Below the pieces are notes generated by a model that saw nothing but the letters and a program-made list of their open reading frames with translations, had not been told where the DNA came from and did no database searches. A stretch of DNA of 64,000 bases from Octopus sinensis (taxonomy: Eukaryota), in contig NC_042998.1 of assembly GCF_006345805.1 (NCBI RefSeq), positions 186,620,001 to 186,684,000 on the forward strand, read 5' to 3'. The position numbers and the translations under genes are program-made. Each line of letters starts with the position of its first letter. Position 1 is the stretch's first letter. Positions 24,033 through 37,225 of this stretch are shown piece by piece.

Positions 24033-24255
24033 TACTCTCTCTCTTTTACTCTTTTACTTGTTTCAGTCATTTGACTGCGGCCATGCTGGAGTACCGCCTT
24101 TAGTCGAGCAAATCGACCCCAGGACTTAATGTTTGTAAGCCTAATACTTATTCTATTGGTCTCTTTTGCCGAACCGCTAAGTGACGGGGACGTAAACACA
24201 CCAGCATCGGTTGTCAAGCAATGCTAGAGGGACAAACACAAACACACAAACATAT

Positions 24256-24316
<61 letters not shown>

Positions 24317-24483
24317 TACAACAGGCTTCTTTCGGTTTCCGTCTAACAAATCCACTCACAAAGCTTTGGTTGGCCCGAGGCTATAGCAGAAAACACTTGC
24401 TCAAGATGCCACGCAGTGGGACTGAACCCGGAACCATGTGGTTGTTTAGCAAGCTACTTACCACACAGCCACTCCTGCGCCTA
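24033..24483 (-). mobile_element. tRNA-SINE family C; a degenerate copy follows at about 24510-24835
   Basis: Reverse complement of the family C consensus with internal (CA)(TA)n. Confidence 0.88.
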
Positions 24484-25493
24484 TATACTTTTTTAAAAGA
24501 AAGTATTCGAGTAGCAGAATGAGCCTGGTACTTATTCTATTGGCCTCTTTTGCCAAACCACTAAGTTACATGGATGTAAACAAACCAGCATCAGTTGTCA
24601 AGTGCTTGTTGCGGACAAACACAGACCCACAAAGGCCCACACACATAAATATGTATAAATATATATGTATACATGATGAGCTTTTTTCTATTTTCATCTA
24701 CTGAATCCACTCACAAGGCTCTTGTCAGCCTGAGGCTATAGTGGAAGACACTTGCCTATACTGCTACAGAATGGAACAGAACCCAGAACCATGTGGGAAG
24801 CAAACTTCTTACCACACAGCTACACCTGTGCCTATATTGTATATCATTATCTTATAACTCTGATATAACATCAGGTCTCTGATTGCTGAGAGTCTTCTTA
24901 CTAAGGCCAGATTTTCAGTAATCTCTGATTCATAGGGTAGACTAAAGACTCAATAGCTTGGTTAACCCTTTTCTTACTGAATTTATTTTTAGATGCTTAG
25001 TGTTTCTTTCAATTAATTTGAAATATAACAAAGAATTTAGTAAAATAACTTAGTTATCATTCAGCTAGTTTTAGGAACATGAATTGTGACTAAGGTTTGG
25101 TGGAAGATTTCAATTCAAAACTTATGAAAACTAGACATTTGTACTCAGAGCCAGAGCCAGTTTCAGCCAGGTTGGTAACAATGGGGTGAAGGCAACTAGT
25201 CTAAGAGATGCTTAACTCTGAAATAAAAGCCTGAAGCTCCCCGTAGTTCTTTGTCTTGTCATTCCATATGTCACATCAATGAAATCTATGGTCAAAAAGT
25301 TGGGTAGTTCTGTGCAAGTGTTCAAACTATGTCCACTAAAAAATATGCAACTGCACAGGTACTTCAAGGTTAAGCTCTACAAGGATCAGGCAATCACCAT
25401 GTATGTATGTATGTATGTATGTATGTATAAATCCTTAAAAATGTTTCTGCCCGAAAGCTGAGGCCATGCTGGGGCACTACCATTGGTCCTTTT

Positions 25494-25671
25494 GTGAGCT
25501 GAATCCTGGAAGTACTGCTATACAAGGCCAACCCATGGCATAGGCAGAGCAAGCCCCTAACTCTTCGCCTTGTTCTTAAAATCAGTTTAATATCGATGGT
25601 CCCAAATAGGGACCATATCAGATATTAAGCTGATAAGAACAGATACTACACTTTGATCTTAGCCAAAAGGC
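25494..25671 (-). ncRNA. U2: U2 snRNA copy, probably a pseudogene or retrocopy (first about 11 nt missing)
   Basis: Minus strand GCCTTTTGGCTAAGATCAAAGTGTAGTATCTGTTCTTATCAGCTTAATATCTGATA...GGGGCTTGCTC...GGGTTGGCC...GCAGTAC; Sm site altered (GATTTTAAG). Confidence 0.92.
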
Positions 25672-26010
25672 TACGTATGTATGTATGTATGTATGTATGT
25701 ATGTATGTATGTATGTATGTATGCATGTATGCATGTATGTATGCATGCATGTATGTATGTATGTATGTATGTATGTATTTATGTATGTATGTATGTATGT
25801 ATGTATGTATGTATGCATACATGCATGTATGTATGTATGTATGTATGTATGTATGTATTTATGTATGTATGTATGTATGTATGTATGTATGCATACATGC
25901 ATGTATGTATGTATGTATGTATGTATGTATTTATGTATGTATGTATGTATGTATGTATGCATACATGCATGTATGTATGTATGTATGTATGTGTATGCAT
26001 GCATGCATGC
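25672..26010. repeat. (TATG)n microsatellite with TGCA interruptions
   Basis: Direct inspection. Confidence 0.96.
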
Positions 26011-26540
26011 ACATATGTGTGTAAACATAGTATATATTCATGTTAAACATAATATATTTTCATAGTATGTATCCATGGTATATATTCATGGTGTTTTAAA
26101 AAATTTACTCTAAAAGAATCTATTTTACATTTATATATGAGTGTGTATGTATGTGAATAATATATACATATATATATGTATATATACATATTCTTCCTCT
26201 TCTTCTCCTCCTGCTCCTCCTGCTCCTCCTCCTTCTTATTCTTTTTTTCTTTTTCTTTTTCTTCTTCTTCTTCTTCCCTACCAAGAATTCACAACGACCT
26301 CGAACCCACATGAGTAAACAAGAGAGATAGAAACAGGCAGAAATAAGAAAAATGCCCCTTATATTTGAACACTATATAAATCTTCTTTTAAAAAAACTTT
26401 TCTTTCAATTTTTCTAAATTTAATTTGTTTAATTGTTACAGTTGAAAAAGTCTCAATGACTGAAACCGGTATTGAAATGTTTTGTATAAAATTATTTTAG
26501 CATTTTCTATCTTGACTTTTCTTCCATACATATACATACA

Positions 26541-26577
<37 letters not shown>

Positions 26578-26936
26578 ATATATTTACACACACACACATG
26601 CAATTATCTATCTTGTATTTTCTGTCCTATTTAGAAACAGTATATATTGTCCTTGTTGAGAGAGTAGCCTCCACATTCCAAGGAGACTGGTGACGATCAT
26701 TAAATAGTATGGCGTTTATTTTATAAAACAATTTTTTATGAAGTGTTAAATATACCCTGTACTCATGTCTTTGCCACTGGGCATAATAAGTTAGTGTGTT
26801 GTGCTATAATTAAATCGCAAAAAAATTTATTGGCTACAAGGATTTCATATGGCTGTCTCTTGGAATTAATGTAACAGGCTGAAGAAAGATGGAAGGTGAG
26901 GGAAGAGGAGAATAAACAGGAGGATAAGGGGAGATT

Positions 26937-27306
26937 AAGGAGGAGGAGGAGGAGAAGAAGAAGAAGAAGAAGAAGAAGAAGAAAGAGGAGGAGAAGAAGA
27001 AGAAGAAGAAGAAGAAGAAGAAAGAGGAGGAGGAGGAGGAGAAGAAGAAGAAGAAAGAGGAGGAGGAGGAGGAGGAGGAGAAGAAGAAGAAGAAGAAGAA
27101 GAAAGAGGAGGATGAGGAGAAGAGGAGAGAAAAGGAAAAGGAAGGAGAAGAAGAAGAGAAAAGAAGAAGAGAAAGAAGAAGAAGAGAAGAGAAGAAGAAG
27201 AGAAAGAAAGAAAGAAGGAGAGAAGGAGGAGGAGAAGAAGAAGAAGAAGAAAGAGGAGGAGGAGGAGGAGAAGAAGAAGAAGAAGAAGAAGAAGAAGAAG
27301 AAGAAG
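26937..27306. repeat. (GAA/GAG)n purine microsatellite
   Basis: Direct inspection; source of the poly-R/E/K ORFs. Confidence 0.95.
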
Positions 27307-27505
27307 GCAGGGTACAAGGAAAGGAGAAGGTGGAAGAAGTGGAGAAGATATAAGAAGAATTTTCAAGAAGATAAAAGGAGATTTTTTAACAGAGTATACT
27401 TGTTTGGTACAAGAACCCACAGCAGTGTGTAAATAGAGTGTTTGTTATAAATTTACAGGCTCTGAGAAAATGGTCAGCTTAGCTAATAGGCATCTATCTT
27501 CACAG

Positions 27506-27587
27506 TATAGTACAATTGACTACTGTTTCATATGATATTACAAACTATCATACAAGCTTTGGAGAATTGCATGAAAGCTGCTGTGGG
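27506..27587 (+). CDS. Candidate coding exon IVQLTTVSYDITNYHTSFGELHESCCG
   Basis: Acceptor ctatcttcacag, donor GGG|gtaagt, phase 2 to 0, open frame. Confidence 0.4.
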
Positions 27588-28449
27588 GTAAGTTTATATG
27601 GTACTTGCCACACTCATAGTGTTACAACTAGTGGTCATATAAGAAGAGAGCATAATGTGATACTGTCGTGTACTTCTCGTCAAACAGCAAAGCAATGCCA
27701 TATTTCAAAGCAATGAGAAAGCCCTTATGTGGTTGCTCAAGCTGCTAGAAATAGCAAGTGAATCACTCAGAAATGACACCCAACTAACTTAACACTTTTG
27801 ATACCAAAACACCTGAAACTGCTTCTGGCTCCGTGAGATAAACTTGAAATTTTTAAAGTGATATGAATTAAAACATTCAATTAATATTTCATGTTAATTT
27901 ATGTTCCAAACATCAGCTTAATATGACAAAGTTGTTTTACCGATTTCTTCATTGTCGTCAAAATTAATTGATACAAAGACAACGTATTTCAACAGAAATA
28001 TGGTGCCAAAAGATAGTGGTGGTGGGGGGTACATCAGCTAATGTTTACTATGGATGGTCACAGATGGATTGCCTTGAATCGTGCTGATCACATTGTCATA
28101 GAGCAACAGAGCTATAACGGAAGATGTGGGATTCATAAGCCAAGAATAATACTGCTCTAAATGGTTGATGTAGCAACAGAAACAATTTTGTTAAGATGAT
28201 GCTGATGAGGATCTTGATGGCCATGATGGTAATGGTGATGGTTGCAGTGATGGTGGCAAGGAGGAGGAGAATGTGGTTTTGATGGTAATGGTAATGATGG
28301 TTGTGATGGCATCAATGGTGACGATAATGATGACAATAGTGACAACAATGAAGATAAGTATAATGCTTGCATTGGTGGTAGTGAGGGGGAAGTTTTGTTA
28401 ACATGTCACTTCTCTTCATTATTATATCTATATCATTGGACTCTAAACT

Positions 28450-28952
28450 CTGCTTGTGAAGACCTGTTGAGGCAAGTGAAATTGAAATCAAAATCAAATT
28501 CGATGACTGGCATCCATGCAGGTGGAGCACTAAGAGTACAATCTGAGTGTGATCATTGCCAGAGCAGCTAACTGGCTTCCGTGCCGGTGGCACGTAAAAG
28601 CACTATTCAACGTGATCGTTACCACACGTCACCTTACTGGCACGCGAAAAAACATTCAAGCGGGGTCATTGCCAGTGCCACTGGACTGGCTCCTGTGCAG
28701 GTGGCACATAAAAAACATTTGAGTGAGGCTGTTGCCTGTACTGCCTGATTGGCCCTCGTGCCGGTGACACGTAAAAGCACCCACTACACTCTTGGAGTGG
28801 TTGGCGTTAGGAATGGCATCCAGGTGTAGAAACTCTGCCAGATCAAGACTGGAGCCTGGTGCAGCCATCTGATTCGCCAGTCCTTAATCAAATCGTCCAA
28901 CCCATGCTAGCATGGAAAGCAGACGTTAAATGATGATGATGATGATGATGAT
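28450..28952 (+). mobile_element. RTE-tail-type retroposon with degenerate internal tandem units of about 60 bp and a (GAT)n tail
   Basis: Repeated GTGCCGGTGGCACGTAAAAGCAC-like units; GGTTGGCGTTAGGAATGGCATCC; (GAT)n end. Confidence 0.65.
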
Positions 28953-29002
28953 ATCTTATCTTTTTGTTGTTTCAGTCATTGAAATGTGACCATACTGGGT
29001 CA

Positions 29003-29034
<32 letters not shown>

Positions 29035-29279
29035 GCACACAAGCAGGCACACAAACACACACACAAAGGCACACATGCAGGCACTCAGACACCCCCCCAC
29101 ACACACACACACACGCATATGTATATGACAAACTTCTTGCAGTTTCCATCTACCAAATTTACCTGACAAAGCTTTGAACAGTTAGGAGCATTAAGACACT
29201 TACCTGAAGTTCTACACGGTAGGATTGAACCCAAAATCATGTGGCTAGGAAGAAAACTTCTTACTTTGCCTGCACTTAT

Positions 29280-29322
<43 letters not shown>

Positions 29323-29481
29323 CATACATACATATATATGACAAGCTTCTACGCCATTTCCATCTGATGAATTCACTCATAAGTTGCAAACATCAGCTTA
29401 ATAATGAGTAACTTATTTTATTAAATTCTTCATTTCTTTTTTTTCAAAATCAATAGAAACAAAGGCATTACATTTCAACAG

Positions 29482-29576
29482 AAACATGAAAGCAAAAGGG
29501 TTACTGCAGTGTGTGAGAACATACAAAAAAAGAGGGTCGTGAAAATAGTAGACTTCAACGTGAAAAGACAAGAATG
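29482..29576 (+). CDS. Candidate coding exon KHESKRVTAVCENIQKKRVVKIVDFNVKRQE(C)
   Basis: Acceptor catttcaacag (alternative at 29457), donor TG|gtaaac, phase 0 to 2. Confidence 0.45.
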
Positions 29577-29608
29577 GTAAACTGAATGCGGTATTGGACA
29601 CACTACTT

Positions 29609-30070
29609 CATAATGTCACAAACTGAAATCCATATTGTCACAAACTGAAATCCATAATGTTACAAACTGAAATCCATAATGTCGCAAACTGAAATCCATA
29701 ATGTCGCAAACTGAAATCCATAATGTCGCAAACTGAAATCCATAATGTCGCAAACTGAAATCCATAATGTCACAAACTGAAATCCATAATGTCGCAAACT
29801 GAAATCCATAATGTCACAAACTGAAATCCATAATGTCGCAAACTGAAATCCATAATGTCACAAACTGAAATCCATAATGTCACAAACTGAAATCCATGAT
29901 GTCACAAACTGAAATCCATAATGTCACAAACTGAAATCCATAATGTCACAAACTGAAATCCATAATGTCACAAACTGAAATCCATAATGTCACAAACTGA
30001 AATCCATGATGTCACAAACTGAAATCCATGATGTCACAAACTGAAATTCATAATGTCACAAACTGAAATT
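29609..30070. repeat. 22-bp minisatellite (CATAATGTCACAAACTGAAATC) x21
   Basis: 462 bp = 21 units; variants GTCGC, CATGATG, GAAATT. Confidence 0.96.
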
Positions 30071-30276
30071 AATCTGTTGCATGCATTTTATTATTATAAC
30101 CCTTGGTGTGACAATCCTATGTACCTTAGGTCATATAATTATTGAGTAAAAAATACTGAATTGTCAACACAAGTGGAAATTGATTTTCCATCTGCTTATT
30201 GCTATGAGAAGCTAATGGATTAGGCCCTTATGAGTCTGCACTTTCATAATCATTTACATTTCTTTTTTTTAGTTTT

Positions 30277-30790
30277 CATCACCATCATCATCATCATCAT
30301 CATCATCATCACCATCATCATTATTGTCATGGTCATCCTCCTCATCATCATCATTGTCATGGTCATCATCATGATCATCATCGTCGCCATGGTCATCATC
30401 ATCATCATCATCGTTGTCATGGTTGTCATCATCATCATCATCATCATCATTGTTGTCATGGTCGTCATCATCATCATCATTGTCATCATTGTTGAAATGG
30501 TCATCATCATCATCATCATCATTGTCGTGGTCATCATCATGATCATCATCGTCGCCATGGTCATCATCATCATCATCATCATCGTTGTCATGGTTGTCAT
30601 CATCATCATCATCATCATCATTGTTGTCATGGTCGTCATCATCATCATCATCATCATTGTCATCATTGTTGAAATGGTCATCATCATCATCATCATCATC
30701 ATCGCCATGGTCATCATCATCATCATCATCGTCATCGCCATGGTCATCATCATCATCATCATCATTGTCATCATTGTCATCATTGTTATC
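30277..30790. repeat. Complex (CAT)n repeat with higher-order duplication of about 177 bp
   Basis: GTTGAAATGG recurs at 30491 and 30668 with matching interruptions. Confidence 0.92.
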
Positions 30791-30849
30791 ACTGTCAAAC
30801 ACCATTGGTGTCAAACGATGGGCAACTAACAGCAACTGTTTCCTGTTAG

Positions 30850-30937
30850 CTTTGACCAACTGAATGAGGTTGCCATTGAGATAACTGGTCATTTTCTGCA
30901 TCCACCTGATGCCGAAAACCATTTGGAGCAACTGAAG
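30850..30937 (+). CDS. Candidate coding exon FDQLNEVAIEITGHFLHPPDAENHLEQLK
   Basis: Acceptor tgtttcctgttag, donor AAG|gtaaca, only one open frame, phase 2 to 0. Confidence 0.55.
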
Positions 30938-31014
30938 GTAACAGTCATTGCAAAACTTGTTCATGGACGTTGTATAATTTCCACACACACACACAAAAAA
31001 AGGAGGACCATCTC

Positions 31015-31114
31015 NNNNNNNNNNNNNNNNNNNNNNNNNNNNNNNNNNNNNNNNNNNNNNNNNNNNNNNNNNNNNNNNNNNNNNNNNNNNNNNNNNNNNN
31101 NNNNNNNNNNNNNN
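31015..31114. other. Assembly gap (100 N)
   Basis: Run of N. Confidence 0.99.
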
Positions 31115-31183
31115 TATATATATATATATATATATATATATTGTATGTGTGTATGCATGTGTTTTATTTGTTTGTATATATAG

Positions 31184-31217
31184 AACTACATTTCCAAATT
31201 TTGGACAGTAAGATGTG
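31184..31217 (+). CDS. Candidate coding exon NYISKFWTVRC
   Basis: Acceptor tttgtatatatag, donor G|gtaagt, phase 0 to 1. Confidence 0.42.
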
Positions 31218-31990
31218 GTAAGTTTTAACTGCTACTACCAGCAGGTTGAGCGGTCATGTATCAGGTGCTTGTTGAATAAAATTGCCATTGAGCAATACTT
31301 CTGCTCTTCTACCACGCCCTTCTCTCTGTCTGACCTTTTTTTTTATTTATTTTATGGGTTCAGAGTAGGTGGTTGAACTAACAGGCGATTAGTTCACTAC
31401 TTCAAGGAAGTGAATACCTTTAGAGATGGTTAGCTATGAAGGATGACAGAAGTGGGAGGTTTTTGCGGGGCTACATCTATGCGTGTACATTATACTGGGG
31501 ATTATTTGAAGACGGATAATCACCATTATAAGATCTGTGGCTTTTTGTATGAAATCTATTCGTTAACGCTTTAGCAAATTCTGAAATTATTAAACACATC
31601 AATATTTTTTAGTTAATCTTACTTCGTCTCGTAAAAAATAGTGAAAATAGATTTAACAGAACGACAGCTCTTGGAGGAACATTCTATAACAGACTGTCAT
31701 TTATTCCAGATGTTTAAATAGCTGCCAAACATTTAATGGCTTGAACATCATATTCCAGCACATAGCAATAACTTTTGAAAAACAGCAAAGAAGAAATAAA
31801 AATAAAAACAAAAATCTATTACATTATAATTTTTTTTTTATTTAGAATAAACGAATGTAAATTTCTGCAATTTAAATTGCAAACATTGAAGTGGTTGGTT
31901 CAACAAATTCATTATTTGAATTTGAATTCCCAGTACGCACGTCGTCAAAAGGAAATAAATAGCGTCGTATATGCAGGTGTATAAGATGCG

Positions 31991-32382
31991 AGAGGCGCAA
32001 TGGCCCAGTGGTTAGGGCAGCGGACTCGCGGTCATAGGATCGCGGTTTCGATTCCCAGACCGGACGTTGTGAGTGTTTATTGAGCGAAAACACCCAAAGC
32101 TCCACGAGGCTCCGGCAGGGGATGGTGGTGATCCCTGCTGTACTCTTTCACCACAACTTTCTCTCACTCTTACTTCCTGTTTCTGTTGTACCTTGTATTT
32201 CAGAGGGCCGGCCTTGTCACTCTCTGTTGTCACGCTGAATATCCCCGAGAACTACGTTAAGGGTACACGTGTCCGTGGAGTGCTCAGCCACTTACACGTT
32301 AATTTCACGAGCAGGCTGTTCCGTTGATTCGGATCAACCGGAACCCTCGTCGTCGTAACCGACGGAGTGCTTCCATCAACCC
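31991..32382 (+). mobile_element. tRNA-SINE family B, full length
   Basis: TSD ATAAGATGCG at 31981-31990 and 32383-32392. Confidence 0.92.
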
Positions 32383-32573
32383 ATAAGATGCGTTTTACTT
32401 TTAATTCTTAAATGTGGCCTTAAGATTGTCATGCGTCTAATGCGACCGTATTACATATGGGATTCCGAATGTATGAGTGTATGGTGAAATAGATATGTTT
32501 TTTCCACAAATATATATTTTTTACCACAAAAAGCAGATTGGTGAATGCAATTGTCTTCCCAATAGCAACATAT

Positions 32574-32737
32574 AGGCGCAGGAATGGCTGTGTGGTAAGT
32601 AGCTTGTTTACCAACCACATGGTTCTGGGTTCAGTCCCACTGCGTGACACCTTGGGCAAGTGTCTTCTACTATAACCTCGGGCCGACCAAAGCCTTGTGA
32701 GTGGATTTGGTAGATGGAAACTGAAAGAAGCCTGTCG

Positions 32738-32799
<62 letters not shown>

Positions 32800-33004
32800 G
32801 TGTGTCTGTGTTTGTCTCCCTAGCATTGCTTGACAACCGATGCTGGTGTGTTTATGTCCCCGTTACTTAGCGGTTCGGCAAAAGAGACCGATAGAATAAG
32901 TACTGGGCTTACAAAAAAAGAATAAGTCCCGGGGTCGAGTTGCTCGACTAAAGGCGGTGCTCCAGCATGGCCGCAGTCAACTGACTGAAACAAGTAAAAG
33001 AGTA
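32574..33004 (+). mobile_element. tRNA-SINE family C
   Basis: Head AGGCGCAGGAATGGCTGTGTGG, internal (TA)(TG)n, consensus 3' end. Confidence 0.9.
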
Positions 33005-33407
33005 TATGGATGCGAGACCTAGACACTAAAGACAGCTGACCAGAAGAGAATTAATGCATTCGAGCTTTGGTGTTGGAGAAGACTTTTACGGATTCCATGG
33101 ACAGCGAGGCTCACCAATGGAGAAGTTCTTTAGCAGATCAGACCGAAAATGTCGCTAGAAGCTAGAATGGCATATTTCGGTCATATTATGCGGAGAAAAT
33201 CCCTGGAGAAGGACATCATGCTCGGAATGGTCAGTGGCAAGAGAGGAAGAGGCCGACCAAGAACCCGCTGGCTTGACACCATCAATAGTGATACCGGAAT
33301 GGACATAGCCAATCTGAAAGAAGCGGCCCAGGATAGAACTGACTGGAGGACACTTATCCAACGAGTAACCGAGAGTCGACTTCGACTGAGCGGATAGATA
33401 GATAGAC
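33005..33407 (+). pseudogene. 5'-truncated RTE (BovB-like) LINE 3' end with (GATA)n tail
   Basis: YGCET...KRINAFELWCWRRLLRIPW...YFGHIMRR...GKRGRGRPRTRWLD...; stop at 33395-33397. Confidence 0.9.
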
Positions 33408-33899
33408 GTCTTATACACCGGAAAATACGTAACTTTTTTTAGGATAACGAAATAAATCATTGTTGTTAACAAAACGGATCTCTTAATTTATACATGGACA
33501 TCTGTTAAATTAAAAATATGTTCTTTAACTCGAAGTCGCTTATAAATTTGACCAGTCTCAGCGAATTCATTTGAGTCAAAAAGGATTTTAATCCCAGAAC
33601 TTTTAACTCTACTGTAGCAAGCGTTGAACTGAAGTTTATAGATTTATCCAATAGAGCAAAAATTTCATTAGTCACTATCCAAATAGTTTACTGATTACTT
33701 TTAATGGGTTAGTCAGAGGAAGTAGGGCAGTATTTATGTTTCTTTCCAGGGTCTTTGTGACATGTGAATGAAAGGAAATTATCCACAAGATGGTGACCTG
33801 GTTCGAATACTTGCATCAGAGCAGGTTCCGCCAAAGACATTAATGGGACAGGTGATAGCGGCGACGGAGTGTTATACATTCCCTCAAATATTGCACTCG

Positions 33900-34150
<251 letters not shown>

Positions 34151-34169
34151 TTTCTTTTGCCGATAACCA

Positions 34170-34200
<31 letters not shown>

Positions 34201-34659
34201 TGTATGTATGTATGTATGTATGTATGTATGTATGTATGTATGTATATATATATAACATATATATATTATATATATATATATATATATACATACATACATA
34301 CACACATACATACATATATATGTATATGTGTATATGCGCACGCGCGCATATACATGCAGATATGTATTTCGTGAATATAGACACAAGCTAAACTACCACA
34401 CCTAAAACAGTGTAGTGACGACTTATACGTAACAATAGAACTTCCACAAATCACATTCAGAAACTACTATTGTATTTGTAAAATATTTCGTTTCATTTTT
34501 GAAGTGAAAAAAAAAACATGTATATTTGAGATCCGCATTCCACGAAAATCTATTCCACGAAAATCTATTCCACGAAAATCTATTTTCCCAAGTATTTCCA
34601 GTAAGGTGAGTTGGCTTCGTTAAGAAGTACGAAAACTCAGATGTCCCAGAATGTCTTGA

Positions 34660-35053
34660 ATCTCTCTCTTTTCTCTTTTTCTATTTTCACTTGTTTCAGT
34701 TATTTTGACTGCGGCCATGCTGGAGCACCGCCTTTAATCGAGCAACTCGACCCCGGGACTTATTCTTTGTAAGCCCAGTACTTATTCTATCGGTCTCTTT
34801 TGCCGAACCGCTAAGTGACGGGGACATATACACACCAGCATCGGTTGTCAAGCAATGCTAGGGGGACAAACATACATGCACATACATATATATATACATA
34901 TATACGACGGGCTTCTTTCAGTTTCCGTCTACGAAATCCACTCACAAGGCTTTGGTCGGCCCGAGGCTATAGTAGAAGACACTTGCCCAAGGTGCCACGC
35001 AGTGGGACTGAACCCGGGGCCACGTGGTTGGTAAACAAGCTACTTACCACACA
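34660..35053 (-). mobile_element. tRNA-SINE family C
   Basis: Reverse complement of the consensus. Confidence 0.88.
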
Positions 35054-35145
35054 CCTAAAAATAACATTATTTGCTCCAATATAATGTATAAAATAACATA
35101 GGATTTAAAATTAGTGTTGAGTGGCGGGAAATGCTTGTGATATAT

Positions 35146-35553
35146 GTTAAGTTAAGTTAAGTTAAGTTAGGTTAATTTCTTGGCTCAAAAAGCAAAAAGC
35201 AAGGCTATGTAGGGGGACATAGAGTTATGTACAGGGAGGGTGTTCATGCAAAGAGGTCGGGCCATTTCTGGTCAAGAGAGACTTTGAACCGAGCGGTCGT
35301 CGGCATCTTCACTATCTCGTCCGGCAGCTTATTCCACGGATCCGCAACCCGGACGGAGAAAGCCCCTCTCCTTCGATTGAGATGAAATCGTTGCAGATAG
35401 AGCTTTTCGGAGTGACTCCGCAGCCGACGCTCTGGGGCAGGAGTGAAGAACAGCTCTTTCGAGAGGTTACACTTTCCGCTTATGATGTTGTGAGCAAGAA
35501 TGAGATCACCACGGCGTCGTCGTTTTTCTAGAGAATAAAGGTCAAGCGTCTTC
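35146..35553 (-). pseudogene. CR1-clade LINE 3' end with (TTAAC)n tail
   Basis: Highly similar to 38731-39000; ...LYSLEKRRRRGDLIL... Confidence 0.9.
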
Positions 35554-36557
35554 CCGCTCTTACGTTCTGAATTGAAATCCCACTGAGGGCAAACTTACCT
35601 TTCATCTCTCTGGAGTCGATAAAATAAAGTATCAGTTTAGCACTGAGATCGATGGTATCGACTCAAAATTTTTGGCTTTGTGCCAAAATTAGAAATATTA
35701 GCAAGCCTTTTGACCTTAATAATCTAATCCAAAACTTTTTTGACATGCTGAAAACTAATCACGTGAACCGAAACTGCCTCATTGGATCGTTCATGAGCCA
35801 ATAGAAGAACTGTGCAATAAGAATGAGAAATGCCACGTCTAAATGGATGAAATGTCATCTGTTTTCAAATTGGAGACTGCTCACTAATGAAGTCACTAAA
35901 GGCTCATAAAGAAAGAAGTGGTTTAAGTCTCAAGACCAAACCAGTAATGTAATCTGAGTTACATACCTATGAATTTCCGAAATTAAAAGATTCATTATAG
36001 TTTTTCACTTCTTATGTGCTGGCAATTCGCCCCTAACACTAAAATGTTTCCTTGACCCTACTCTATACAGTCAGTCTATCAACTAGAAATAGTGGCCAAA
36101 TCTCCCTCAAACCACAACCTTCTAAATGAAAGATGTAAAAAAAAAAAAAGGAAAGGGACATTAAATAAAGTAATTCTAAACACACTATTCCTGAAAACAA
36201 GACAGTGTAATCATAGTTTGGAAGTCTTTGATCGTAAATCTGCTCAGCCAGGATTAAACTGGAACTAAACAACAACCGTAACACACATGGCATCAGAACT
36301 TATGTTAAAAACTGCCGTTCAAACTGAAAAGATCCGAAATAATGATTACAACAAAATCACATTAACGTATTCATGTATTTTAAGCTATAAATTTATGAGA
36401 AGTCGTATTCCGAAAGTATATTTAAATAAAAATCAAATATTGTTTATAAATATTTCGCTGTCCTTTACTATCCATGAGTGTTGTGCCAGTATTTCACTAC
36501 TTCCCCACCGGCGAAAGGAATGTTGTATAACATATTTTGATGTGACAGATGCTATTG

Positions 36558-36638
<81 letters not shown>

Positions 36639-37030
36639 TTTAAACTAAAATTAATTTCAAATATGAGAGATAAACTCGTACAGGTCACAGGTGGCCAGTG
36701 TCGAGCGTAAAGTTTACAGATTAAAGTTTCTTATCAATATCGATCTAACATCGGTACATGGTCGTACATTTCTAGGGAAAATGGAAAGGCAACTAAATCG
36801 AGGTTAGTACATTACTGGTATTTAGTCTATCGACACGAAGAAATAAGGCAAAAATTAACGACACTGGGATTTGAACTCGTAATAGAAAGGAACATAATGT
36901 AATACACACGATATTTAGTCAAACATTAAACTGTTTATTCACCAACTCACAATTTCTTGATGTTTGAAAATATTGTGTTTCTTTAAAGCAAAAATCGATA
37001 GTATACTTATCTTAATATGTAATCTGATCC

Positions 37031-37225
37031 GAAGGCGGCGAGCTGGGAGAATCGTTAGCACGCCGGGCGAAATGCGTAGCCGTATTTCGTCTGCCGTCAC
37101 GCTCTGAGTTCAAAATCTGCCGAGGTCGACTTTACTTTACTTTTCATCCTTTTGGGGTCGATACCAGTTGGTAATAAAGTATTCCCCTTCCCGAAATTGC
37201 TGACCTTGTATCAACATTTGAAACC
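37031..37225 (+). mobile_element. SINE family A with tail type ii, 17-bp TSD
   Basis: AATATGTAATCTGATCC at 37014-37030 and 37226-37242. Confidence 0.9.

Noticed and set aside
26763-27432. Poly-R/E/K and poly-L/F/S ORFs
   Set aside because: Translations of the (GAA/GAG)n tract.
29609-30070. CRISPR-like array
   Set aside because: Contiguous 22-bp units with no unique spacers, no cas genes, eukaryotic context.
30269-30994. 241-aa Asp-rich ORF resembling acidic biomineralisation proteins
   Set aside because: The acidic part is a (GAT)n microsatellite open in several frames, with no signal peptide; the N-terminal part is antisense to a better exon candidate.
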